A stretch of 57,344 nt of DNA, filler included, from Sphacelaria rigidula (lineage: Eukaryota), in NCBI GenBank assembly GCA_964200075.2. It is 5 parts of 5 records of this genome, joined end to end, with 100 filler letters (N's around TTAATTAATTAA, not from the genome) between each part and the next. Parts side by side here need not be neighbours in the genome. Positions count along the whole stretch, not along the records: positions 1 to 11,391 come from CAXNAA020004975.1; 4 more parts are not named here. One strand, written 5' to 3'. The stretch's first letter is position 1. Each line of letters begins with the position of its first letter. Position numbers and translations under genes: made by a program. Shown here in pieces: positions 1-11,491 of this stretch. The notes beneath the pieces are model-generated. The model made no database searches. It was given only the letters and a program-made list of their open reading frames with translations, and had not been told where the DNA came from.

Positions 1-34
1 AAAATATTTCTGCACCCCTACCGTAGCATTACTC
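1..34. mobile_element. Right TIR of a Sola2-like MITE, truncated by contig start
   Basis: tgcacccctaccgtagcattactc (11-34) matches the right TIR of complete copies at 19522-19777 and 56820-57078. Confidence 0.7.
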
Positions 35-37
35 GAC

Positions 38-609
38 TGTTGGAAATCTGTACAGCCTAGCTGCTTGTATTGTGAGTTTTTACTCTCGTAGCAACTCAGC
101 GGGACAACTAGTCACGGTTCAAGTAGCGCGAGATATCCCGGGTACAAGTACCTTTTTTGTATGGATCCTTGAGTTATATATCCTATAGATCTGGCCACGT
201 AAGCTCGTAGGATACGACAGTGTACTGCCAGTGTGTTAGTGCCGTAGCTTGAGTAAGGATCTAGTCTATGAGCTGGCAGTCTGCCACGCAAGTGACATGG
301 AAGCGTTTGGTCACGTACGTGTAGCGCTTTGCTTTTTGGTTCCAGGGATTGAGGGACGGAGCTGGTGGTTCTCATCGCCCTCCAAGGTCACTCTCCTTCA
401 ACACCCCAGTTCCTGCTTTCCGAAGGAACTGTGTATTTCTGCTTTTCTTGGCCAAATAAGCGCCCAATCAACTATTTGTCTCACTGATTTATTCTGAGCT
501 ACAGACGCAAATGATTTCACGATCAGGGTGCAACCTCTGCTACTACTTCTCGCTGAACAGTAGTCGGTCTGTCGTACGGACGGTGCCATGGACACGAATT
601 CTTCCAACA
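38..609 (+). repeat. Copia-1 5' LTR (572 bp)
   Basis: TG..CA with 8-bp inverted termini; 38-261 recurs at 5394-5622. Confidence 0.93.
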
Positions 610-620
610 GGTTATGAGCC
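610..620 (+). other. Primer-binding site complementary to the tRNA-iMet anticodon arm (half-tRNA priming)
   Basis: GGTTATGAGCC directly after the LTR; same type as yeast Ty5 and Drosophila copia PBS. Confidence 0.8.
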
Positions 621-830
621 TCGATTCGCGACCAGGTCATCAGGTCATCAACCTTCGACTTAAGACTACATCGGTCAGCACCAGCGAAGGGACTTCCCAT
701 CAAGGTCGTCACTGCATCAGAAAAGTGACAAGTGTCAAGCCTTGATTTGTTTTTAGTTATACAAGGTTCTAAATGTGGTGAACATTCACACATTTTTGCA
801 ACAAGATGAACAGTCAGGAAGAGCCATCTG

Positions 831-3800
831 TTGCACAACTTATCAGAAGCATCAGGAAATTTGACGGAACTAATTTTCTCGAATGGAAGCGCAGTACGCG
901 CAATGATTTCCCTGACACATCCAGGGATCTCAGATATTTTGAATGGGGGTACAAGTCCCGCGGAAATGTTTGATGACGTGGAGCACATTCAAGGTGCTCA
1001 ATCACTTCCAATTGCAAGACCAACATCAAGATCAACGCCGCCACACACCCGCTCCCAAGGAACTCCACTGTTCTCATCAGAAGAGGCAGCAGAACCAAGA
1101 GATCCAGCAACAAGAGATTCAGTTCAGGACCCGGCTGGTGGCGGAGTGGACTTATCCCAGGAGGACACCCATGTGAGAATTGTGGCCAACAGATCTGAAA
1201 TTGAGAATTGGGATCGCTGTAATGAACAGTTGTTCAATGTTCTTTACTTCACAACTTCAGGCCCAGCGGGCAGTTTTCTTCTTCGCTTCGAGCCGAAGGG
1301 CCATGCAAGACCGAATGGTAAAATTGCATGGGAGGCACTGGTCGGTAAATACGAAAAATCTTCGAAGCAACGGCGGCGTATTCTTATGCGTCAGCTAGAT
1401 AACATCAACCTGTCACCTGCACAAGATCCTGACGTGTTCTTGACTAAGGTCTACGAACTGCGTGACCAGCTGGTGTACATGGGTGAACCTATATCAGAAT
1501 CAAGACTTACGGAGATCGTGGTGGAAGGTTTGACCGATGGCTATGATCGGATCAAGTATGATGCGGAGCGCGATCCTGACTTCAGCATCTCCGACATCGA
1601 AGTGACAATGAGGAATATGTATTCCAATCGCGTCGCACGCGGAATTTTGTCGAGAGAAGTACGCGGTCGAGATTTTGCCATGATAGCGACATCATCAACT
1701 AACAATTCCTCAACTCCTACATGATTCGCGGGAAATTGTTTTTCCTGTGGTAAGCCTGGTCACCATATGCGAGACTGTCGTTCCACAAGACAGTCCAACA
1801 GTAGCAGCAGGTCCGTTAAATGGTGTGGTTTGCACCGAACGGACAAACATGACAATAGTGAATGCGAGAACCAAATAAACAATGGAAATACGATCGGGAA
1901 CCACAATCATCATGGTGAAAACAACGATCGTCGTCGTCAATACACCCGCCACAACAACAGCCGCTCCAGCAGCAACAACAATAATTCCGGCCCCAGAGCA
2001 AACAACATCTCCAATCATCCGAATCAAGCGAACACCGTCACCATGGATCCTGCATCAACCACTTCATCAACAACGACGTCGGGCTACTATTCCTTCGAAT
2101 CACCAAGCTCAAGATACCAGCGGACCATCATCCTTAGCAATGACTGATTCATGCTCGCCACCGAGTGGCGTAGGCTGTACCTTTTTTGCCAATCCTGCAG
2201 ACAAGGACATGACTCGGCCACCGGTTTCTATATCATTCAAAATGGTGTGTGATTCCGGGGCTAGCCATCACTACATCGACAATCAACTACTGCCGAATAT
2301 TGAAGCGGAGATGTTTGACTATGTAAAACTCGATCCTCCCATGAGAATTTTGACAGCAGGCCGTCATCTACTTTGCGGAACGGGAAAAGGTGTCCTTTAC
2401 TCCATCGTCTGTGATCAGCAGGGCAACCAGCACTCCGTCCGCCTTCCGGCCATTATTGTGCCAGGCCTCGGCAAACATCTCTTCTCACCTGTCGAAGCAT
2501 TACTGAAAGGAGTATCAACTATATTTTCGGTAAATTCTCGCGTGGATCTTGGAAGCTTCAACATTCCTATCCGGACTGACAATTCCGGTACGCTACACTT
2601 CCTCAACATGGAAATTATTCGGGATCAGAAGACCTTCCGCACCAACTCCGGGTCTACGTTTACAGCTGAGGTGGTTTCTGGAGACTGCATGGGTCAATGG
2701 ACAGCATTTACAGCTATCGCCACCGAGTACGACCCCGCGACTCTTTCGACCACTGTAAGTGCAAAAATATGGCATGAACGCCTGGGTCATCCAACTGAAC
2801 CAGTTATGCATCGTATCATGAATACAACCGAGATGGGTGTCAAGTTTACAGGTTCACTTTCTTCGTGTGACACCTGCATGCTAAACAAAAGCACTCAGCA
2901 ATCCCATCCGAAGACCGCGGACTTTTCATCAGTGACTGAACGTCTACAACTTGTGACAACGGATCTGTCAGGACCCATCACACTGACTCCATTAGGAAGA
3001 TATAGGTATATGGCTAAATTCACCGACGACTACAGTCGACTGAAAGCTGTATACTTTATCAAGGCAAAAAGTGAGGCAATTGCTAGCCTGTGCAAGTATG
3101 TTGAAGACGTGGCAATTCCCTTAGGACTACGAGTACACCGCCTTCGTTCGGATCGGGGGGGAGAATATATCGCAGACTACTTTCGACGAAACTGCAAAAC
3201 TACCGGAATTCTCCAAGAGTTCACCTGTCCACATACTCCCCATCAAAATGGCATGTCAGAACGCGACGGAAGAACTATTCTCAACATAACCCGTTGCCTC
3301 GTGAACGAAGGGCACCTGCCGAGGTACCTATGGGGTGAAATAGCAGCGACGGCAGTATTTCTACTGAATCGTCTATCCCATAGTAGCATCAACGGAGAAA
3401 CACCGTACTACGGGTTGTTTGGAAAACAGGCGAAATTATCGTTTCTACGCACCATAGGTTGTCGTGCGTTCGTACACAAGGAAGGACACCTCAACAAACT
3501 GGAGGACAAGGCATGGGAGGGAGTTCTAATAGGGTACGACAGCGACAGCCCTTCATACCGCATCTACGACCGGCACTCCGGCAGGATTAGTAGTTCCAGA
3601 AACGTCACATTCATTGAGCAAGCATCCGGAGCTCCAACCAATTTGTGGCAAGAACCAACTCCGAATACTCAGGAGGGAAATACCGACAATCATCCATACG
3701 AGGAACACAGTAATCAGAATAATTTCGACTTCATCAACAACGTTTTTGAAGGTCTCAAGCAGCTGGAAAATGTCGAAGACAGTTCTACTACTTCAACGCA

Positions 3801-4932
3801 TCCAATGCGACTTTGATCTGCTGGCAGTGTGGAACAGCCTACTGCAACATCTTCAACGACTAAACAGCAGTCCAAAAAGCTACGTAAATTAGCTCTGACG
3901 GCGGAACATTCGTCACAGCAATACATGGCTCTGGAAACTGTTCTACAGTATATCGGAACGGTTGGCATAGAAAGCCTAGTGCCACCTGCATCGGCTCCAG
4001 TTCCCAACAACTACAAACAAGCATTTTTTTCACCTTTCGCAACAGAATGGAGAGCAGCTATGTTAGACGAACTCCGCAGCATTCAAGACCATCGCGTGGC
4101 CGACACTATTCCAGCTGGACAAGTTCCGCCGAACAACATCATTGGCATGAGATGGGTCTACAAGGTCAAAGCCGACGGACGATTCAAGGCCCGACTAGTT
4201 GTACAGGGTTGGGCACAACGACACGGATTCGATTTCGGGAGTACTTTTGCACCAGTCTGCCGACTCGAGAGCCAGAGGATCCTTCTTGCGATAGCCACTG
4301 CAAAAAACTGGCCGGTAATTGCGCTACATGTACAACCAGCCTTCTTAAACGGAAAACTAACGGAGACGGTATATTGCAAACAACCACCGGGGCTCGAGAC
4401 TTCGGACCTTACCACCGGACAACCACACGTGAGATACCATAACAACCGTAACTCTCGCCTACAAGCGACGAGTATTCATGGTGTCACACCACGCGCTAGG
4501 GCTCAACGAAGCACAGCCGACAACGGATCAAGACGAACGATTTCAGGCACAACAATTGACTGGGAATGCAGCAAGGATCACCTCCAGCATGTTGGCGTTC
4601 CAGGTCAGAGGTGGAGGGACAGATGGAGAATGGTCGCAGATCTCCGACGCTTCGGGCTATTCGATGAACGTGAATATCCAACCATCTTCGATTTTCTGAG
4701 TTATCTCAGGCAACTGTTTTCTACGGCAGACATTCATTTTTTCCTGGACCTAAGAGTGCTCAACCTTTTAGTTAAAGGTTGGATCAATGAGACCCCAGAT
4801 GAGTTTGATGTTTTAATCACGAAGAGGTTACACGACCAACTGACCTCAAGATTAATTCAAGTATCGGGGTCATCATCGTTGCCTGCTAGACTCAAGTACG
4901 GGGGAGGTTTGGATGCACAAATTGCACCTTGA
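831..4932 (+). pseudogene. Copia-1 gag-pol, disrupted
   Basis: Gag 831-1724; in-frame TGA just before zinc knuckle CFSCGKPGHHMRDC; frameshift ~2000-2150; protease CDSGASHH; WHERLGH..CDTC; integrase DLSGP / RSDRGGEY / NGMSER; TGA 3814; RT N-half RWVYKVK..KARLV..TFAPV..AFLNG ending ~4430. Confidence 0.92.
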
Positions 4933-5393
4933 ATCATGAATATGGGTCTATTTCTAAACTCGGTCAATTAACAAGTACTATAGTCAGGAGCTATCTCATG
5001 AGAATTTATTTCTTTTGTTTGTATACAGGAAGCCTACATGGAAAAAAAACAATTCTACCCGAGCAGTAGCATACTACGGGAAATCTTTTTTCGGCCAATA
5101 CAGGCTTCAAAATTTTGATGCCACACAATTAGTCCGAATGTGTATGTGTACACGAAATTTCGTGGTAGAAGGTGTTGCTGAAACAACACCTGTGCAGTTG
5201 AAAGAAGGGCGGACTGATGTTGTAATCAGCACCGCGAGCTCAAGTACCTCGATTGATTCTTGATTTGACTTGATTGCACTGCACAGCTGACCTTTCATAC
5301 ATCAGCGCATCGCAATATATATAGCTACCTTTTGTCTAGTCTACAATTTGATTGAGGACTGAATTGCTAAGCGACGTACAACTCAAGAGGGAC

Positions 5394-5622
5394 TGTTGGA
5401 AATCTGTACAGCCTCGCTGCTTGTATTGTGTGAGTTTTTACTCTCGTAGTAACTTAGCGGGACAACTAGTCACGGTTCAAGTAGCGCGGGATATCCCGGG
5501 TACAAGTGCCTTTTTTGTATGGATCCTTGAGTTATATATATCCTGTAGATCTGGCCACGTAAGCTCGCAGGATACGACAGCGTACTTCCCGTGTTTCGAG
5601 TGCCGTAGCTTGAGTAAGGATC
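5394..5622 (+). repeat. Copia-1 3' LTR, 5' portion only
   Basis: Aligns to 38-261 with about a dozen substitutions and small indels; similarity stops at ggatc|tgtagag. Confidence 0.92.
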
Positions 5623-8600
5623 TGTAGAGTAGTCCACCTACAGTATCCATCATGTAGATATGCGGCGGATCCTGGATTGATTGTTTGGAGGATGACTATT
5701 GGATGCGTAACATATTGTGTTCGTGAGGAAAGCTCGTGAGGCTTACTTCTGGTTAACGAAGACTGCCGTTTGTATAACTGCTTGAAGTGTTGAAGTCTCT
5801 GGAGCCCGTGACTGGGAGGAAGCCTCTGGAGCAGCGCTGTAACCTTGTCCTGATTGCAGATAGGTTCACAATAAACGTTTATTCAGAAAACTTGTCGTTT
5901 CTGGATTGGGTTTTGGACGTCGCACCCGACTGTTTGTGAAAAGTGAGGACGCTCACGTTGGATAGCAGGGGGGGGAGGAGCGGCGTAGAGAGAGGCGCAG
6001 GCCACACGAATCCAAGGCGACTGCGGTGACAGGAGGCTGTTGGAAGGATGGCAGCGCGAAGGAAAGGGGGAACCAGCGAGACGGTTGATGAGGTGAAGTT
6101 TGCAGTAACCGAATTGACCTTGGGTGGATCCTTGAAATTGCCCGAATATGGGCGCGTATTCAGTGAGCAAGCTTCCAGACGCTTTTACCAAAAGTATCGC
6201 GACTATGAGGAGGCAGTGGAGAAAAGTAACCAAGGCCGGTCGGTAAAGTGCGCACTCCTGAGCATGCAAGAGTTGGTGCCAAAGCACATCCAGAACTGCG
6301 TGTCTGACACCGTCTTTGACGGGTCACCACTCGACGAAGACGAGTTGCAGCAAGGGATTGCACGCCATGCCAAATGCTGGATCGATATGGAACTTGATCC
6401 TTCCGAAGCTGCAGCAGGCGTGAAAAAGGCCCTTGCTGCACGGTCTGAACCGACTGCAATGGGTCGAGTAGAAGGGCAATGGAGTTCATTACAGGAGTAC
6501 TTTGCGGAAAACGCAGGTGCCGAGTGTGTTTTCCTTGAATCTGGCCGTACGTTCAAGGCTGGTCCACCTCACATTATTACCAGAGCTATGGTCGTCGGCC
6601 TGATCCCACCTGAGTTCAAGAATAAAGTTCAAAATATACTTTATATGAAAAGAGACGGGAAAGAGAGCCCGAAAATGGTTTATGAGGTAGCTCGTGACTT
6701 GGCGGGAAAATGGAAAACGGTTGAGGAGGTTGACAAACATCGCCGACAGCAACCGCAACTTAGGCAAAAAAGCGGCTCACAAGGCTCCAAAAACTTGACA
6801 TCGCGTGCCGGCGCCGCGGCTGCGGCCGGCGCAGCCGGTACTGGCGGCGCAGGTAGTGGCGGTAAGAGCTCAAAAAAGCCCCACAAACCTGGTCCGAGCT
6901 ATGCAGGTTGTTTTGAGTGTGGCGATAAGGGCCACTACAAGAAGGACTGTCCCAAACAGAGCACACCTGTGGCCGCGGTGAGTGCGTCCGGTGGGCAAGC
7001 AAAGTCGTCGCCGCCGCCGCCGCCGCCGGCAGCAGCAGCAGCAGCAACAGGTCCATGGTCAGCGGGGGGGCGGTAAAGGTCCTGCTCCCACACGGGCTGT
7101 TTTCCCAGGGGATGGAACGCAAGGGGGTGCGAGTAGTGCGGATAGCATGGTGCCGCCCCAGCCTTCCGCTCCAGCTCCTGCAGCTCAAACCCAAATGGCG
7201 GCGGGACCGGCTCAGGCGTGGACGTCTCAGACAATGCCGGTATGGCGGGGTCTGCACACCGCTGAGGTTGCAGATTTACAGGCTGAGGGTGTAATAGTTG
7301 ACCGCAAGCAGCGATGCTGCAGGGCCGACTTGTCCGTTCCAGGTTCCGCAGTCAAGAGCGTCTGCCCTGTTACTGCAGTTTTGGACTCGGGGGCTGGTAT
7401 CACTATCATGTCTGAAAAAGTGGCGGCCGAGTTGCAAGCAGTGTTCCCTGATGTGTCCGTTGTCACTAGTATGGCTCGTGCACACCCGGTGAAACTAGCT
7501 GATGGTAATGTACGAAGTATGCAGTCGAAGACGTGCCTAGTGCGCACCGCTCTGCACACCAGCTGGGGGCCGGTGGTGTTGGATCCTTGTCACTATGCGG
7601 TCATGCCAGGTGCCGATGATGTGGTAATCCTCGGGAGCGGTACGCTCGAAGCCATGGGCATTGACGTGTACAGTGGGTTGGACGCATGCGCACGCTCAAG
7701 ACACGCGATGGTGAGAGGTGTAGATACGCCTGAATTCCGAGAATGTAGGCGTGTGAGCATTGCGATTGAGGCGTTACAGGATCCAGGTGGACAAGAGGAG
7801 CCTGTGGATCCCTCCGTTGAGCGATTGATATCGCGTGGTCCCGAGATGGACATGACTCTGGAGGAGGAGCTGGCAGAGCGTCGTGTTGCACTGGATCATG
7901 CAGTACAGGCTGCTGCGGACAAGGGTATGTCGGCGAGCGGCGTTGATAAGCTTCGGGAGGTTGTTGGGCGCCGTGTCAACGCTTTTCGGCGAGCACTGCG
8001 CGGTGATCCGCCTGCTCGAGTAGAACCCTTGAAGGTGAGATTCAAACCTGGGGCTAGGGCAGTCAAGGCGAGCCCGCGGGTGTATTCCCCTGTAAAGGCA
8101 ACGTGGTTAGCGGGGTGTATGGCAACGCTGGTGGCGCTTGGGCTAGTTTTTCGCAGCTTACAGGCGGTGTGGGCGAGTGCGGCCATGGCGACGCCGAAGA
8201 AGGGCGGTTATCGACTGGTGAGTGATTATCGCGCGGTAAACAAGCAGATTGAGAAGGTTCCGAATGTGATGCCTAACCACGAGGCGGAGATGATCGACCT
8301 GCTGGGCGCTGCGTGTTTTGGCAAGATTGATATGCTGCAGGGGTACTGGCAGATGCCGTTGGCGGCTGATGCACAAGAAATATTCACGATCGCGACTCCC
8401 GAAGGTCTGTTTACCCCCACACGGGTGCCGCAAGGGGTGTTGAATGCGACGGGGTACTTCCAGGGCATCATGACAGGATTATTGACCGGGCTTCAGTGCA
8501 AAGTATGGGTGGATGATATCTTGTGGTGGGGTAAAGATGAGGATGATCTTTTGTGTACACTTGACGAGATTTTGGGTCGTTTGGAGGATGCTGGTCTTTT

Positions 8601-11391
8601 TGCGGCTGCGCACAAGTGCATGTTCTACGACACACAGATCACGTGGTGCGGAAAGGTCTTTTCAGGTGGTCAAGTGGCTCATGACCGCGAGAGACTGAGC
8701 GGGTTGGCCAATCTTAGGCGCCCGCGCACGGCAGGCGAGCTTATGCAGTTCCTGCAGGCGGTAAACTGGCTGAGAACGTCCCTGCCGCGTCTGGCGGAGG
8801 TGGTGGAGCCGCTGCGGGTATTACTGGAGGAACACATGCAGCGGAACGTGCGCCGTACCAAGCGGGTGGCGTCAAACCGGACGATCGAGTAGTCAGGATG
8901 GACGTCCAGGCGTGCTCAGGCGTGGCACGAGGCACAAGATTTGGTGGCGCATGCCGTCGCTTTGTCATATCCCACGCAGGGGTATGAGGTTTTCATGTTT
9001 CCAGACGCATCGGACCTACACTGGGGCAGCTTTATCACGCAGGTGCCAAATTATGAGCTGGGTGGTATATTGGCGGTGGAAGACATGAGCCATGAGCCGA
9101 TGGGATTTCTTAGCGGAACGTTTCGTGGAGCGCAGGTTCGGTGGGCTACGGTGGATAAGGAAGGCTATGCAATCGTAAGTATTTTTCGTAGGTTGGAGTA
9201 TCTTCTCTGGGGTGGGGTACATATCTTTGATGATCATCGTAACCTCGCATATATCTTTAACCCCGAGGCGTGCGTTGCATCCGTGTCTAAGACTGCTGCC
9301 AAGAGGCTCGAGCAATGGAAGGCTGTGCTCTGGCAGTATGATTACTCAATCAGGCATATTGCTGGTGAGCGCAACTGCTGGGGAGATTTATTGTCAAGGT
9401 GGGTAAACGTTCCGGCGGTGTCTGTACGTGCTGCGGCCGTGTTTGCGAGCGGCCAGCCTGATGAAACGCTGCCGTCGAAGGACGCTATTCGTGAGGCCCA
9501 AGAGCAGGCTCAAGCCGCGTTTGGAGTCATGGATGCTGGAGCCCCTACCTTTGCAGCAGCTGTTGGGCCTGTTTCAAAAGATGGTGAGGGTTTATTTCGC
9601 GTGCATGTAGCAGGGCGGAATGTGTTGTGGATCCCGCCGCAAGCAAAAGAGCTGCAAACACGCTTGATGGTGTGTGCTCACATCAAGGAGGCGGGTCATC
9701 GGGGTGTTGTGGCGACACTGCAGCGGCTGCAGATGGAAGCTCGTGTGACGGATTTTGTGAGGAAATGCTTGCATCGTGTGGACTCGAAAGCGGGGGAGAT
9801 GGTCCCACGGCCACTAGGGGAGACAGTGCATGGTACACGGCCCGGTGAGGTGATACATTTTGATTATCTGTACGTTGGCGAAAGTGGCCCGCTGGGCAAG
9901 AGCGGCCTGGATGAAGGCGACGGGTACAAGTACATATTTTTAATGATGGATGATCTGTGCAATTTCGCGTGGTTGGAGCCCACCGAGTCTTGTACAGCTG
10001 CAACAACTGTGCAGCATCTGCTGGCGTGGTGCAATGCGTTGGGCCCGCCGGAGGTCTGGGTTAGTGACACCGCATCGCACTTCAAGAACCATGTGATGCG
10101 AGCATTGGAGAAGGCGCTGAAGCTGGACAGGAGGTTCGCGGTTCCAAACTCGCCGTGGTCAAATTGTACGTGTGAAAGGATGATGCGAGAGGTTGTCCGC
10201 ACTCCGAATTCCATGCTGCAAGAAGAGAGGCGCGACGTTCGTGACTGAGTGGGACTGGTGCCTGCCGTCCAGTAGGCATTGAACACGGCATTCCGCGAGC
10301 GCTACGCCAGTACGCCATACCACGTGATGTTTGGACGGGCGCCGCGCATAAGGTTTTCAACCCTGGCATCGTCAACTGGCGGCGAGTGGCGACTTGATGT
10401 GCTGGATAAGGACGTGCTGCGGGAGAAGGTGGCGTCAGTCGTGGAGGCGCAGCAAGCGTTGCACAAGGAGGTGGCGCAGCGTGTTGACAAGACTCGTGAA
10501 CTGCAACGACGTGAAGCTAGTAAGGGACAGTTGCCAAATTTCATGGTGGGTGACTATGTGTTGACTGCGAGGGTTAGGCGCTCAGGTACAACGCCAAAAC
10601 TCGTAAGTACGTGGACAGGACCGTCGAGGATCGTGGCAGCGGAGCATCAGCATGTGTACGAGATTCAGCATATCGTCAACGGAGAGGTGAAGGACGCGCA
10701 TTTCTGCCGTCTACGGTACTACGCGGACAAGCAGCTGGTGGTCACTGCGGATCTGAAGGAAGTGTTCTAGTATGCGTTTGCGCAAGGAGAATTCGAGATG
10801 GAGGCGATCGTTGACTTGTCCGAGGCTCAAGACGGTGATGGGTTCGTTGTACACGTGGAATGGGTAGGTTTCGACAAGGATGAGAGCTCATGGGAGCCTC
10901 TGGAAACCATTTTGGAAGGAGCCCCGCAGTTCGTACGTGCTGAATTGCGTAAGTTGCGACTAACAAAGCAGGTACGGGCCTGCTTGCTGGGTAAGTATGG
11001 GCTCAAGCTCTGATTGATTGGGTTTCAAGCTATGATTGGTTGTTGGCGTACTTCATGGATTCCACTATGCCATTTGGCGTACGTTGAGTATACCGCTTGG
11101 TTATTGTTTGCCTAACATGTTGGAGTAGTTCGTGCTGGTGTGTTAGGATTATACTGGGGGGGGCATCGTGATTTGACCTGATACGGTCTGATAATGCTTG
11201 TCTCTTGTTGACGTCGGAGGGTACTGTCGGTGTCTACTGTTTTGTCAAATTCGCTTTCTACTTTAAGTAGTGCGAAGTTTTGGAGGGTGCTGTAGAGTAG
11301 TCCACCTACAGTATCCATCATGTAGATATGCGGCGGATCCTGGATTGATTGTTTGGAGGATGACTATTGGATGCGTAACATATCGTGTTCG
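5623..11391 (+). mobile_element. Ty3/Gypsy chromodomain LTR retrotransposon (Gypsy-A) nested in the Copia-1 3' LTR
   Basis: LTR start TGTAGAGTAGTCC at 5623 and 11291 (100/101 identical, 3' copy cut by contig end); PPT ggagggtgc 11282-11290; gag-PR-RT-RH-IN-chromo order; 5' LTR end not resolved (~5870-6030). Confidence 0.95.
6048..11013 (+). pseudogene. Gypsy-A gag-pol with chromodomain, disrupted
   Basis: Zinc knuckle CFECGDKGHYKKDC; frameshift ~7029; protease VLDSGAG; RT DYRAVNK..DMLQGYWQ..PQG..WVDD; RNase H PDASD..DHRNL; integrase HFDY..SDTASHF-35aa-E; WTGP; chromodomain VEWVGFDKDESSWEP; in-frame stops 8890, 10246, ~10273, 10768. Confidence 0.93.
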
Positions 11392-11491
11392 NNNNNNNNN
11401 NNNNNNNNNNNNNNNNNNNNNNNNNNNNNNNNNNNTTAATTAATTAANNNNNNNNNNNNNNNNNNNNNNNNNNNNNNNNNNNNNNNNNNNN
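11392..11491. other. Artificial contig joiner
   Basis: N44-TTAATTAATTAA-N44 (stops in all frames). Confidence 0.97.

Larger units (their letters stand above)
38..5622 (+). mobile_element. Ty1/Copia LTR retrotransposon (Copia-1), defective
   Basis: 5' LTR 38-609 (TGTTGGAA..TTCCAACA), PBS 610-620, gag-PR-IN-RT order, PPT aagagggac 5385-5393, 3' LTR 5394-5622 interrupted by Gypsy-A; RT C-terminus and RNase H missing. Confidence 0.95.

Noticed and set aside
1722..1724. Stop-codon readthrough in Copia-1 gag
   Set aside because: The TGA precedes the zinc knuckle and is best read as CGA>TGA decay, like the TGA at 3814
7005..7076. Programmed +1 gag-pol frameshift in Gypsy-A
   Set aside because: The shift sits at a (CCG)n-G-(CAG)n microsatellite junction and family B has gag and protease in one frame; a simple indel is more likely
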